Assembly: GCA_963823655.1 (NCBI GenBank) | Contig: CAWGMK010000013.1 | Coordinates: forward strand, 192,001 to 256,000 | Direction of reading: 5' to 3' | Origin: an uncultured Bacillota bacterium | GTDB lineage: Bacteria; Bacillota; DTU025; MWDF01 | Length of the DNA stretch: 64,000 nt | Shown: positions 38,650 through 49,030 of the stretch, piece after piece | Layout of the letters: every line of letters begins with the position of its first letter | Numbering within the stretch: the first letter of the stretch is position 1 | Made by a program: the position numbers and the translations under genes | The notes under the pieces: generated by a model | Told to the model about the DNA's origin: nothing | Databases searched by the model: none | What the model saw: only the letters and a program-made list of their open reading frames with translations

Positions 38650-38906
38650 ATGATAACCTCCTTCCGGCAAGGCCTAAAGTACAAATAATTTACCATATGA
38701 ATATAACACTTCGATTGTTATGATGCAATAGCAGGCTTAATAAGCTGAAAAAGTAGTCGCGGAATCCTTAATCATTTTAGCAGGCATGTTTTGAGACTAG
38801 AACTTATGATTGAATGATTTTATTTTAATGGTTAAAATTATTAGATGATAGTAGAATAATCCGGTGCGCAAATGTGACAAATCTTCTTGGATTTGGAGGA
38901 TTACCA

Positions 38907-39281
38907 ATGGCAAGAGAGCTTAAGACCGCTTTGGGCCAAGTATCGATTTCTGATGACGTTATTGCCGCGATAGCGGGCATAGCGGCGCATGAAAGCTATG
39001 GCCTGGTCGGTATGGCCTCGCGCACTTTCACAGACGGCATCGCCGAGCTTCTGGGCATGGAGAACATAAGCAAGGGCGTTGAAGTGAAAGTGGACGGTGA
39101 AGAAGTCAGGATTAACCTTTTTGTTATAGTAGAGTACGGTACGAAGGTCACGGAAGTGGCAAAGAACGTTGTCGAGAAAGTCAGATATGTTGTCGAAGCC
39201 ATGACCGGCCTGAATGTGGCTGATGTCAAGATCACGGTGCAGGGCGTCCGTGTTGGGAATGGCGGAAAGGATAAGCGCTGA
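38907..39281 (+). CDS. Asp23/Gls24 family protein (YloU-like)
   Basis: ISDDVIAAIAG...YGLVGM...KGVEV...IVEYG; conserved position between rpmB and DAK2. Confidence 0.9.
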   Translation: MARELKTALGQVSISDDVIAAIAGIAAHESYGLVGMASRTFTDGIAELLGMENISKGVEVKVDGEEVRINLFVIVEYGTKVTEVAKNVVEKVRYVVEAMTGLNVADVKITVQGVRVGNGGKDKR

Positions 39282-41012
39282 TGGCAGTAACAAATAAGTT
39301 GTCGGCCGCCAAATCCATGGATGGAAAGGCCCTGACAAAGGCTTTTAGGGATGCGGCAGCCTATGTGGGCGAACGTAAGGCCATCATAGATGCGCTTAAC
39401 GTGTTTCCTGTCCCGGACGGAGATACGGGCACGAATATGTACCTTACCATGAGCTCCGCAGTCAAGGAGATGGACAAGTACCCGGCAGAGAAGGTCGGGG
39501 AAGTGGCAAACAGCATAGCCTTGGGTTGCCTCATGGGCGCCCGCGGCAATTCCGGCGTTATTTTCTCTCAGCTCATGAGGGGATATTCGACACGGCTTAA
39601 AGGCAAGAAAGTTGCGAACACCGCCGATGTTGCAGAGGCCCTTATGGAGGCCTCCAACATGGCTTACAAGGCCGTAATCAAGCCAGTTGAAGGAACGATC
39701 CTTACGGTGTCCAGGCTGGCCGGCAGGGAAGCCATTGAAGCATATAAGGGTGGATCCGACGTCATCGAGATATTCAAAGCGGCGTTAAACGGTGCGAAAG
39801 TAGCCCTTGAGAAGACCCCGGACCTGCTTCCCGTCCTTAAAGAGGCGGGAGTAGTCGATGCGGGCGGCAAGGGTTATGTATTCTTCCTTGAAGGTATCAT
39901 TTTGTCGCTGGAGGGCACCGATATCGCTGGGCAGCCCGTTGAAGCAGCAGGCAGTAGAGCAGAGATTTGAGGAGAAGAAGGATACAACACAAATAGAGTT
40001 CAGATACTGCACCGAGTTTCTTATCAAGGGAAGCGGGCTTGACGAGGAGAAGATTCGCAAGGACATCGACATGATGGGCGACAGCATGCTAGTTGTCGGT
40101 ATCCCTGAGACAATGAAAGTTCACATCCATTCCAACAATCCCGGAAAAGTGCTTGAGAAGGCAGTCAAGTACGGCACTCTCCATGAGATCCACATAAACA
40201 ACATGGCAGACCAGCATGAGGACTTCGTAATGCCCGAATTCTCGAAGCAGGGCGGCGTGGCTCCTACTGATGGGCATGCACATGCACAGGCAGTTGAAAC
40301 CAGTGGCAAAGCGACTGCCGAGAAAACCATCGAGTATAAGAAGCCGGTTGTTATCAAGCCTCTTGCTACCGTAGCGGTGGCTGCAGGCGATGGGCTAAGG
40401 GAGATCTTCGAAAGCCTCGGTGTGGACCAATCCGTGACGGGCGGGCAGACCCTTAACCCTTCAATTAAGGAGATCGTTGACGCAATCGAAGCGACCGGTT
40501 CGAAGGAAGTAATAGTACTGCCCAACAACAAGAACGTTATACTGACTGCAAGGCAAGCCGCCGAGGTCGTTAAGGCCAAAGTCCATGTAATTCCTTCGAA
40601 GTCTATGCAGCAGGGAATAGCCGCCATGATGGGCTTCAACTCCGAAGCGCCGGCCAAAGAGAACGTGGACAGGATGGCAAAGGGGCTAGCAAGCGTAATA
40701 AGCGGCGAGATTACCTATGCAGTAAGGGATACGAAGCTCAACGGGATTGAGATCAAACAGAATGACTATATCGGGATAATTGACGGCCAGCTGCTCGTGG
40801 ACGGCACGGACCTGGAGAAAGTGGCCCTTGAAACGCTAGCCAAGATGGTAAAGCAGGAAAGCGAGATAGTCACGATCTTCTACGGCCAGGAAGTGGAAGA
40901 AGCCAAGGCCCAGGAGCTTGCTGACAAGATACAAGAGCAGTACGCACATCTTTCAGTGGAGCTTCACAGCGGCGGACAGCCTGTGTACTACTACCTGCTG
41001 TCAGTAGAATAG
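39281..41012 (+). CDS. fakA: Fatty acid kinase catalytic subunit, DAK2 domain (apparent +1 insertion near 39951)
   Basis: LNVFPVPDGDTGTNM, GARGNSGVI, KPVEGTILTV, YCTEF, GGQTLNPS, GGQPVY. Confidence 0.9.
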
Positions 41013-41051
41013 GATCGGAGGTGAGCCGCCCCCCTTTAGGGCGGCATTGAT

Positions 41052-41909
41052 ATGGGTAATAAGATTGCGCTGGTGACTGATTCATTAAGCGACCTGGTTC
41101 CGGAGCTTGTAAGCAAGCACTCGGTAACCATAGTGCCTATCAGGATAATCTTCGGCGAGGAAGTCTACCGCGACAGGATAGACATAACCGATGAGCAGTT
41201 CTATGAACGGCTTAGGACATCCGATGTCATGCCGAAAACCTCACAGCCCACACCCAATGAGTTCGAGGACGTCTACAAGGAACTTCTAAAGAAATACGAT
41301 CACATAGTATCCCTGCACATCTCAATAAAGCTGAGCGGCACGGTGCAGTCGGCGGCTCTGGCAAGGCAATCGTTCTCCGAGGCCGACCAGGCGAGGATCC
41401 ATGTAATCGATACCTTAACAGGGGCGATGGGTGAAGGCCTTATTGTAAACGCTGCCGGAGAAGCCATAAAATCCGGTAAGGATATCGAAGGGGTCCTCGC
41501 AGCCGTTAAGGACGCTATAGATAATTCCGGGATCATCTGGATACCGGGCTCCTTGAAGTACCTGCATAAGAACGGCAGGATTGGCGGGGCAAGCGCTCTC
41601 CTAGGTGGCATTTTGCATATAATGCCCCTTATTGGTTGTAAAGAAAGTGTTTACACCATAGAGAAGATCCGCGGAATCAAGAACACGGTTCCAAAGTTCA
41701 TAGAATACATGAAGAAGACCATAAGTCCGGGCACAACGCTTATCGCGTGCATAATCAACAACAACATGGACAAGAATGCCGCGGAGCTTGAAAAGGCTGT
41801 CGTGACTAGCTTCAACGTAAGGAAGCTTTTCCATTCAGGAATGGGAGCGGGTATTGGCAGCCACATCGGACCGGACACATTCGGCGTAGCGTGGTACTTC
41901 GCCAGATGA
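41052..41909 (+). CDS. DegV family fatty-acid-binding protein (FakB-like) 1
   Basis: VTDSLSD, KTSQP, ISIKLSGT, LHKNGRIG, GSHIGP. Confidence 0.92.
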   Translation: MGNKIALVTDSLSDLVPELVSKHSVTIVPIRIIFGEEVYRDRIDITDEQFYERLRTSDVMPKTSQPTPNEFEDVYKELLKKYDHIVSLHISIKLSGTVQSAALARQSFSEADQARIHVIDTLTGAMGEGLIVNAAGEAIKSGKDIEGVLAAVKDAIDNSGIIWIPGSLKYLHKNGRIGGASALLGGILHIMPLIGCKESVYTIEKIRGIKNTVPKFIEYMKKTISPGTTLIACIINNNMDKNAAELEKAVVTSFNVRKLFHSGMGAGIGSHIGPDTFGVAWYFAR

Positions 41910-41929
41910 CGACGACAGGAGGTAGCGCC

Positions 41930-42781
41930 ATGAGGATTGGCCTTGTTACCGATTCGCTAAGCGATCTGAACCCGGAGCTATATAAGAAATACGATATAAA
42001 GATGGTCCCGCTCAACATACTCTTCGGAGAGACCAACTATAAGGACGTAATCGACCTCTCGCCCGCGCAATTCTACGAGATGCAGGCAAAGTCCGAGGTA
42101 ATGCCGAGGACCAACCAGCCCGGGCCTCTGGATTTCGAGGGTATATACAGGCCGATGCTGTCCGAATATGACTACATTTTCTCTTTACATGTATCTTCAG
42201 AATTAAGCGGCACGATAAGCTCGGCCGAAATGGCGGCAAGACAGATAAACGAGGAACTGGGCAAAGCAAAAATTGAAATCATAGATACAACGCAGGTATG
42301 CTTCGGCGAGGGCCTGATAGTGCTCGCAGCGGCCAAGGCGATTGAAGCTGGCGCTGGCCCCGACAAAGTGCGCTCGGAAGTCAAGAGGGCAATATCGAAG
42401 ATCAACACGATATTCGTTCCGGAATCACTTGAGTATCTTAAAAAGAACGGCAGGATTGGGACTGCAAGCGCCTTCCTGGGCGGTATACTGAATATTAAGC
42501 CCATGTTGGAAATGAAGGGTAAGATTTCGCCTGTCGAGAAGATAAGGGGGAGCCGCAACATGGTCCCCAGGATGCTCGAAGTAATGAAATCGAGGACAGC
42601 ACCCGGCACAAAGGTCAATGTGTGCGTCTACGATGCCCTTCTCAAGGAAAAAGCCGACGAGCTGGAAGCTCTTATACGTTCCGAGTACCAGATAGGCGAG
42701 ATGTACAGGGGAACAGTAGGTCCTGCGGTAGGCTGCCACTGCGGCCCTAACACTATTGCATTAAGTTGGCACGAAGCCTAG
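41930..42781 (+). CDS. DegV family fatty-acid-binding protein (FakB-like) 2
   Basis: VTDSLSD, RTNQP, VSSELSGT, LKKNGRIG, GCHCGP; AGGAGG RBS. Confidence 0.92.
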   Translation: MRIGLVTDSLSDLNPELYKKYDIKMVPLNILFGETNYKDVIDLSPAQFYEMQAKSEVMPRTNQPGPLDFEGIYRPMLSEYDYIFSLHVSSELSGTISSAEMAARQINEELGKAKIEIIDTTQVCFGEGLIVLAAAKAIEAGAGPDKVRSEVKRAISKINTIFVPESLEYLKKNGRIGTASAFLGGILNIKPMLEMKGKISPVEKIRGSRNMVPRMLEVMKSRTAPGTKVNVCVYDALLKEKADELEALIRSEYQIGEMYRGTVGPAVGCHCGPNTIALSWHEA

Positions 42782-42792
42782 GAGGCGAGTAT

Positions 42793-43350
42793 TTGAGGCT
42801 GACGGGCGGGGAGCTTTGCGGAAGGATGATTTCCGCCCCTAAGGGGACCTCTACAAGGCCTACTCAGGACAGGGTGAGGGAGAGCCTGTTTGCTATCCTT
42901 GGAGACAGGATGACGGGCTCAAATGTGCTCGATATGTTCGCCGGAAGCGGTGCATTAGGTTTCGAGGCAATCTCCAGAGGTGCCCAGCAGTGCACTTTCG
43001 TGGAGGTGTCCAGGAGGACATCCGAGCTGATCAAGCTCAATGCGCAGAAGCTTGGCATCATCGAAAAGTGCAGGATCCTGACCGCCGATGCTCTGGAGTC
43101 GTCCAGGACTTGGGCGGCTTCTGCTCCGTTTTCCATCGCATTTGTAGACCCTCCTTACGCATCCGGCGTCTATGAGGATGCAATGGGCATGCTATCAGCT
43201 TCCGGTATCATAATGCATCTTGGTATAGTAGTGGTTGAAAGAGAGAAGAACCTGAGCCTGGCACCTTCATTCGGAAGTCTGTTGCTTAAAAGGTCTGAGA
43301 GGTACGGCGCCACTTTCATTGATTTCTACCAGAATGATGCGGAGGTATAG
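42793..43350 (+). CDS. rsmD: 16S rRNA m2G966 methyltransferase
   Basis: TRPTQDRVRESLF, DMFAGSGALGFEAISRGA, DPPY. Confidence 0.93.
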   Translation: MRLTGGELCGRMISAPKGTSTRPTQDRVRESLFAILGDRMTGSNVLDMFAGSGALGFEAISRGAQQCTFVEVSRRTSELIKLNAQKLGIIEKCRILTADALESSRTWAASAPFSIAFVDPPYASGVYEDAMGMLSASGIIMHLGIVVVEREKNLSLAPSFGSLLLKRSERYGATFIDFYQNDAEV

Positions 43351-43351
43351 C

Positions 43352-43822
43352 ATGAACACTGCCATATTCCCCGGCTCGTTCGACCCGCTCACAAACGGGC
43401 ATATGGACATAATTGAAAGGGCGGCAGCCATATATGACAAGGTAATTGTCGCCGTCCTCCAGAATTCCTCAAAAAGCTATATGTTCAGCGTCGAGGAAAG
43501 AATCGAGATGCTAAGCAAGTCTTGCAGCGGATTGTCCGGCGTTGAGATCTCCAGTTTCGAAGGCCTGCTGGTGGACTTCGCGCGTTCTAGGGGCTGCAGG
43601 ATAATCCTGAGAGGTTTAAGAGCCGTCACGGATTTCGAATATGAGTTCACAATGGCGCTAATGAACAAGAAGCTGGCGCCTGAGATTGAGACCCTGTTCA
43701 TAGTGACCTCGGCGGAAAACCAGTTCATAAGCTCAAGTTCAATAAAGGAAATCGCCCATTTCGGAGGCCCTGTCGAGGATATGGTCCCGAAGCCGGTTGC
43801 ATTAAAACTCGGAAAGAGGTAA
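43352..43822 (+). CDS. coaD: Phosphopantetheine adenylyltransferase
   Basis: PGSFDPLTNGH, RGLRAVTDFEYE, ISSS. Confidence 0.96.
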   Translation: MNTAIFPGSFDPLTNGHMDIIERAAAIYDKVIVAVLQNSSKSYMFSVEERIEMLSKSCSGLSGVEISSFEGLLVDFARSRGCRIILRGLRAVTDFEYEFTMALMNKKLAPEIETLFIVTSAENQFISSSSIKEIAHFGGPVEDMVPKPVALKLGKR

Positions 43823-43829
43823 TGGATAA

Positions 43830-44369
43830 ATGACAAGACCATACGCTGACGATTGCGTACCTACCGCAACTATAGAAGAGTACCTCGACAGACTTGAAGA
43901 GGTAATCGAGTGCGCACCGACCATGCCCTTCACCGGTAAATGCGTCCTCGACAGAAAAGAGCTCAACGGCCTTATCACAGCCATGAGGGATTCGCTTTCG
44001 TCAGAGGGAGTCATGTCTTCCACCAGATCCTTCCCGCAGGTCAGAACCGGCTCCTTCCAGGCAGTGAGCCAGGAAGTCAAATCCTACGGCAAGAGCCAGG
44101 ATACGTCATTCGAGACGCCTTTTGAGACTGCCGCGCCGCAACGAAGCTTCAATGAACCCGAGGAGCCCCAGAAGGAAGTCATGGACGCCCAGGCGGAAGC
44201 CGCAAGGATCGTTGAGGCGGCTAAGGCCGAAGCTGCGAAGATTAGATCGGGCGCGGATGAATATGCCGAAAATACGCTCGCAAGCGTTGAGCAAAATGCC
44301 CTTGGCGCCGCAAGATCTGCCAGAAAGGGCCTGGAAGTATTGCAAAGAAGGCGTGGATCCGGCAATTAG
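43830..44369 (+). CDS. Conserved coiled-coil hypothetical protein downstream of coaD
   Basis: LDRLEEVIE.A..MPFTGKCVLD N-terminus and AEAARIVEAAKAEA...GADEYA C-terminus, as in the gene that commonly follows coaD. Confidence 0.7.
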   Translation: MTRPYADDCVPTATIEEYLDRLEEVIECAPTMPFTGKCVLDRKELNGLITAMRDSLSSEGVMSSTRSFPQVRTGSFQAVSQEVKSYGKSQDTSFETPFETAAPQRSFNEPEEPQKEVMDAQAEAARIVEAAKAEAAKIRSGADEYAENTLASVEQNALGAARSARKGLEVLQRRRGSGN

Positions 44370-44408
44370 CAATTGCTTTGCGAATTAAGTATGGAAGGGG
44401 TTATATCG

Positions 44409-45614
44409 ATGAAGATCCTGGTAGTCAACTGCGGGAGCTCGTCTGTAAAATACCAGCTCTTTGACATGGCTAATGAGGCAGTGCTTGCAAAGGGAATAGT
44501 CGAAAGGGTAGGAACGGACGACGCTTTCATAAAGCACCAGCCTGCTGGCAAGGATAAGGTCCAGAACAAGGTGTTCGCGAAGAATCATGAAGAGGCTATG
44601 AAAACAGTATTCGAACACCTGTTGGACAAGGCTCACGGAGTCATATCCAGCATCGATGAGATCGGTGCGGTAGGCCACAGGGTAGTGCACGCAGGTGAGA
44701 AGTTCAAAGGATCCGTACCGATAACTCCCGACGTAGTGGCCGCGCTTATAGAGTGCCAGGATTTAGCGCCGCTGCACAATCCTCCGAACATAATGGGTAT
44801 AAAGGCATGCCAGGCGCTGATGCCGTCAGTCCCCATGGTGGGGGTATTCGATACCGCATTCCACCAGACCATGCCTAAAGAGGCCTATCTTTATGGGTTA
44901 CCCTACGAGCTGTATGAGACCCACAAAGTAAGAAGGTATGGCTTCCACGGGACTTCGCACAGGTATGTGAGCGCCAGGGCGGCCCAGATGCTAAATAAAC
45001 CGTACGATAAAACGTCGGTGATTACGTGCCATCTTGGCAATGGTTCCAGCATAGCGGCTATCAAGCACGGCAAAAGCATCGACACAACAATGGGCCTGAC
45101 GCCCCTTGAAGGCCTGGTAATGGGCACAAGGGTGGGAGACCTGGATCCAGGAATCGTGCTGTTCCTGTGCGAGAAATTGCATATGAGCGTTCAGGAGGTC
45201 GTCAACGGTTACCTGAATAAGAAGTCCGGCGTATACGGCCTTTCCAACTACTTCTCCAACGACTTCAGAGACCTTGAGGATGCTGCCGTGGCCGGAAATG
45301 AGCTGGCCCAGCTTGCTTTGGACGTGTTCGCGTACAGGATAGTCAAATACATTGGCGCGTACGCCGTTGCCATGGGCGAGCTCGACGCAATCATCTTCAC
45401 CGGGGGAATAGGCGAGAACAGCTGGGAGATGAGGAAGAGGGTCTGCGACAGGCTGGGCTTCCTTGGCATAAAGATAGACGACAAGCTGAACGACATGAAG
45501 GGCAAAGAGGCAGACCTGACGCTTCCCGAATGCAAGATCAAAGTGCTTGCAATACCTACCAACGAAGAATTGGTTATCGCAAGGGATACCAGGGACATCG
45601 TAGAAGGGAAGTAG
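44409..45614 (+). CDS. ackA: Acetate kinase
   Basis: NCGSSSVK, GHRVVH, APLHNP, FDTAFH, YGFHGTSH, HLGNGSS, PTNEE. Confidence 0.97.
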   Translation: MKILVVNCGSSSVKYQLFDMANEAVLAKGIVERVGTDDAFIKHQPAGKDKVQNKVFAKNHEEAMKTVFEHLLDKAHGVISSIDEIGAVGHRVVHAGEKFKGSVPITPDVVAALIECQDLAPLHNPPNIMGIKACQALMPSVPMVGVFDTAFHQTMPKEAYLYGLPYELYETHKVRRYGFHGTSHRYVSARAAQMLNKPYDKTSVITCHLGNGSSIAAIKHGKSIDTTMGLTPLEGLVMGTRVGDLDPGIVLFLCEKLHMSVQEVVNGYLNKKSGVYGLSNYFSNDFRDLEDAAVAGNELAQLALDVFAYRIVKYIGAYAVAMGELDAIIFTGGIGENSWEMRKRVCDRLGFLGIKIDDKLNDMKGKEADLTLPECKIKVLAIPTNEELVIARDTRDIVEGK

Positions 45615-45617
45615 CCA

Positions 45618-46208
45618 ATGCCGCTGACCGAAGGGTATTTTCGGGAACGCAGCACGGTAGAGATCGCCAGGGGCCTCTTGGGAAAAGAGCTCGTACATGA
45701 GTCATGCGAGGGAATTACTTCCGGGATCATAGTTGAGACAGAAGCCTACTTGAGGGATGACCCCGCGTGCCACGCAAGCAGAGGTATGACCAAGCGCAAC
45801 AGCAGCATGTTCTTGGGACCAGGCAGATCATATGTCTATTTCATTTACGGCAATTACTACTGTTTCAATGTAGTAACGGCAGAAGAAGGCATAGGGGAAG
45901 CCGTTCTGATCAGAGCCATTCAACCTATGGAAGGCACTGATTTGATGGCGGCAAGACGGGGACTAAAGGACGAATTGAAGCTCGCCAGCGGACCCGGGAA
46001 GCTGTGCAGTGCGATGGGTATCGATAAGAAACTTGACGGTGCAAGCCTTTGGCAGAGACCTTTTTATGTTAGGCAACCCGAAAAGGGCGATGATAGCATC
46101 GTAATTGTTGAGACTACAAGGATTGGCATAAACCGGGCGATCGACTGGAAATTGAGGTTCTGCATAGAAGGAAGCCCATATCTGTCCAGAAGGCCTGTAA
46201 GCAAATAA
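45618..46208 (+). CDS. 3-methyladenine DNA glycosylase (AAG/Mpg family)
   Basis: IVETEAY, YVYFIYG, AVLIRA, GPGKLC, RIGI. Confidence 0.92.
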   Translation: MPLTEGYFRERSTVEIARGLLGKELVHESCEGITSGIIVETEAYLRDDPACHASRGMTKRNSSMFLGPGRSYVYFIYGNYYCFNVVTAEEGIGEAVLIRAIQPMEGTDLMAARRGLKDELKLASGPGKLCSAMGIDKKLDGASLWQRPFYVRQPEKGDDSIVIVETTRIGINRAIDWKLRFCIEGSPYLSRRPVSK

Positions 46209-46210
46209 CC

Positions 46211-46240
46211 TTGACACACATCAAAATGCAAATATATACT
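46211..46240 (+). promoter_or_regulatory. Sigma-A promoter of yceD-rpmF
   Basis: TTGACA-18 bp-TATACT. Confidence 0.65.
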
Positions 46241-46265
46241 ATCCTAGTGTCGGAGGTGGACTACT

Positions 46266-46736
46266 ATGAGGCCTTTTACAATTGATATCGAGAGAATTGC
46301 CGGCGAGACCGGCGCCTCCTTGAGTGTCGACCTCAGCTGGACCCCTGATGGAATGGATTTAGGCAGGCTCTCTACACAGCTCTGCGGGGATGTAAGCTTC
46401 AAGGGCAATGTGAGCAACGTAGGCGGGGCCTTCGCAGTGAACGGTACCATGACAGCTGAGTACTCCGGGGAATGCGACAGATGCCTTGCGCGATACAGCA
46501 AAAGGGTACGTCTTCCGTTAGTCAGGGTATTCTCTGAAGGAACCGGAGAATTGAGCGGCATAGATGGCGATGACGTGGAAAAGATGGAGGGGACGGTAAT
46601 CGACCTTGCCCCGCATCTTAGGGAAGAGATAATCCTAAGCATGCCGATAAGGCTATTATGTAAAGATGACTGCAAGGGCATATGCCCTGATTGCGGTAAA
46701 GATTTAAACACAGGGGAGTGCATTTGCGGCAAGTAG
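46266..46736 (+). CDS. YceD/DUF177 family protein
   Basis: CDRCL, LCKDDCKGICPDCG; directly upstream of rpmF. Confidence 0.9.
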   Translation: MRPFTIDIERIAGETGASLSVDLSWTPDGMDLGRLSTQLCGDVSFKGNVSNVGGAFAVNGTMTAEYSGECDRCLARYSKRVRLPLVRVFSEGTGELSGIDGDDVEKMEGTVIDLAPHLREEIILSMPIRLLCKDDCKGICPDCGKDLNTGECICGK

Positions 46737-46781
46737 CCTTGATGCATAGAACGCAACCCCACCTTAGTAGGAGGCAGGAAT

Positions 46782-46967
46782 ATGGCAAACCCAAAGCAGA
46801 GATTCGGAAAATCACGCACTAGGAAACGCCGTGCCAACTGGAAGGCGGCGACGCCTACTCTAGTAGAGTGCCCGAAGTGCAAGGCGATGAAAGTGCCTCA
46901 CACGGTTTGTGGCGAATGCGGTTTCTACGATGGTCGCGAGGTAGTCGCGGTCGCGGAGAAAGAGTAA
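46782..46967 (+). CDS. rpmF: 50S ribosomal protein L32
   Basis: MANPKQRFGKSRTRKRRA...CPKC...PHTVCGECGFY. Confidence 0.96.
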   Translation: MANPKQRFGKSRTRKRRANWKAATPTLVECPKCKAMKVPHTVCGECGFYDGREVVAVAEKE

Positions 46968-47029
46968 TTAAGCTGAAGGCGGATTCTTAATCTGGGAATC
47001 CGCTTTCTCTTCAATTTGGAGTGATACCC

Positions 47030-48031
47030 ATGGCCAGGATAGCTGCCGACCTGATGGGATCCGACAAGGGGCTGAAGATTGTCTTGGAAGGCGCTATGCG
47101 CGCCCATTCCGAGGGGATCGATATTGTCTTGGTCGGAGACCGTGAGCGAATACTTGCTACGAATCCGGAGGCCGAGAAAATTGAGATAGTCCATGCCGCA
47201 CAGGAAATCACCATGGCAGATGACCCTATAAATGTTGTAAGGCATAAAAGGGATTCATCCATGGTTATGGCAACAAGGTATGTATCCGAAGGCGGCGCTG
47301 ACGCTATCGTCTCCACCGGAAACACCGGCGCGCTGCTGATGGCGGCCACTCTGATAATAGGAAGGACACCAGGTAACAACAGGCCTGCTCTAGGCGTAGT
47401 GTTACCCGGTTTGGCGGGGCCTTCCATGCTCATAGACGCGGGCGCCAACCCTGACTGCGAAGCCAGGAACCTGTTGGAGTTCGGGATTATGGGCTCAGCC
47501 TATCTTTCAAGCGTGCTGAACATAGCCAATCCCAAGGTAGCGCTTTTAAACAATGGCACGGAGGAGAAGAAGGGCCGTGAGTATATCAGGCAGGCCTATA
47601 CGCTCCTCAGGGGCACATCGTTGAATTTCATAGGCAACATCGAAGGCAGGGACATCATGACAACTGCCTCCAATGTTATGGTATGCGACGGTTTCACCGG
47701 CAATGTCACCCTTAAAGTTATCGAGGGCATGGGCAGCATCTTCACCAAGATGATCAAAGAGGCGGCAATGCAGAATGCGGCCTCCAAAGTGGGCGGCCTC
47801 CTTATGAAATCGTCCCTGAAGAAGCTCGCCAACAAGCTGGACTACTCCTATTACGGCGGGGCGCCTTTCCTTGGCCTTAAGAAACTGGTGGTCAAAGGAC
47901 ATGGCAGCAGCAATTCATTCGCTTTCTACAACGCTATTAGAGTTGCCGCCCAGGCTGTTGATTCAAAAGTAGTGGAGAAGATATCGGAGGCTTTCGAGAA
48001 TTACGCGAAGGACAAGCAATCGGAGGTGTAG
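47030..48031 (+). CDS. plsX: Phosphate acyltransferase
   Basis: DLMGSD, STGNTGA, DAGAN, GTEEKKG, DGFTGN, KGHGSS. Confidence 0.95.
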   Translation: MARIAADLMGSDKGLKIVLEGAMRAHSEGIDIVLVGDRERILATNPEAEKIEIVHAAQEITMADDPINVVRHKRDSSMVMATRYVSEGGADAIVSTGNTGALLMAATLIIGRTPGNNRPALGVVLPGLAGPSMLIDAGANPDCEARNLLEFGIMGSAYLSSVLNIANPKVALLNNGTEEKKGREYIRQAYTLLRGTSLNFIGNIEGRDIMTTASNVMVCDGFTGNVTLKVIEGMGSIFTKMIKEAAMQNAASKVGGLLMKSSLKKLANKLDYSYYGGAPFLGLKKLVVKGHGSSNSFAFYNAIRVAAQAVDSKVVEKISEAFENYAKDKQSEV

Positions 48032-48034
48032 ACA

Positions 48035-48280
48035 ATGAACGAACTGGAGATTTTCGAGGTAGTAAAGAAGATAATCGTAGAGAAGCTTTCAGTCAAACCC
48101 GAGCTGGTGACAATGGATTCGAAGTTCGTCGACGATCTGGGCGCTGATTCGCTCTACTTGAACGAGATCGTATATGAGATAGAGGAGAAATTCGGAATCA
48201 CAGTGCCGGATGAAGCCTTCGATGAGATGCAGAGCGTCGGGCAGGCAATAAGATACGTCATGAAGGTAGCCAAGAAGTAG
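48035..48280 (+). CDS. acpP: Acyl carrier protein (divergent helix II)
   Basis: FVDDLGADSL phosphopantetheine site, EEKFGITVPDE. Confidence 0.88.
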   Translation: MNELEIFEVVKKIIVEKLSVKPELVTMDSKFVDDLGADSLYLNEIVYEIEEKFGITVPDEAFDEMQSVGQAIRYVMKVAKK

Positions 48281-48288
48281 GGATTTAT

Positions 48289-48987
48289 ATGCCGGTTAAT
48301 TTGGAGATCATAAAATCGCTGCAGAAATCCTCAGGCTATCGGTTCATAGACATTGCTCTTGCGCAAAGGGCCATTTCGCATACTTCTTACGCCCATGGGA
48401 TGGGCTTTGGAAGGCACGAAAGCAATGAAAGACTGGAATACCTGGGCGATGCCTTGCTGAAAGCTTATGTGGCAAGGCATCTTTTCTTAAGCTACCCCGA
48501 TGATGAGGAAGGCACATTATCAAGAAAGTCGGCGAGAGCCCTTTCCGGGCTTGCCCTTGCCAAAGCGGCAAAGGGCATGGGCCTGAACTTGATTATGATG
48601 CTTTCACCCCAAGAAGAGGCATCCGGAGGCCGTCAGAAGGCAAGAAACCTGGCCGGCTGCTTCGAGGCACTGACCGCTGCTATTTATTTGGACGGCGGGA
48701 TAGGCGCCATGGAAGCCTTCCTGGACAGCCGGCTGAAAGCTTCAATCGGAGAGGAGCTTGCCAATTCGGACAGGGATCCCAAGTCAGCGCTGCAGGAATT
48801 GCTTCAAGGCAAAGGCCGCCCTCTGCCGTGCTACTTAGTGACAGACAGGTCTGGCCCTGACCATTCGCCCCTATTCACCGTCGAAGTGACAGATTCGGGC
48901 CGTATGCTAGGCAAGGGGAGAGGCAACAGCATAAAGGACGCAGAACAGGCTGCGGCGTCGGATGCATTGGCCGCATTGATTACGTAA
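48289..48987 (+). CDS. rnc: Ribonuclease III
   Basis: NERLEYLGDA, FEAL..AIYLDGG, dsRBD DPKSALQE...GPDH. Confidence 0.95.
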   Translation: MPVNLEIIKSLQKSSGYRFIDIALAQRAISHTSYAHGMGFGRHESNERLEYLGDALLKAYVARHLFLSYPDDEEGTLSRKSARALSGLALAKAAKGMGLNLIMMLSPQEEASGGRQKARNLAGCFEALTAAIYLDGGIGAMEAFLDSRLKASIGEELANSDRDPKSALQELLQGKGRPLPCYLVTDRSGPDHSPLFTVEVTDSGRMLGKGRGNSIKDAEQAAASDALAALIT

Positions 48988-49030
48988 ACATTGACATAAC
49001 GTCTTCAAGATAGACGCCGGAGGTGGCGCA

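Noticed and set aside
45618-46208. Mpg glycosylase between ackA and yceD as an island marker
   Set aside because: A single common repair gene with no mobility signals or obvious compositional shift.
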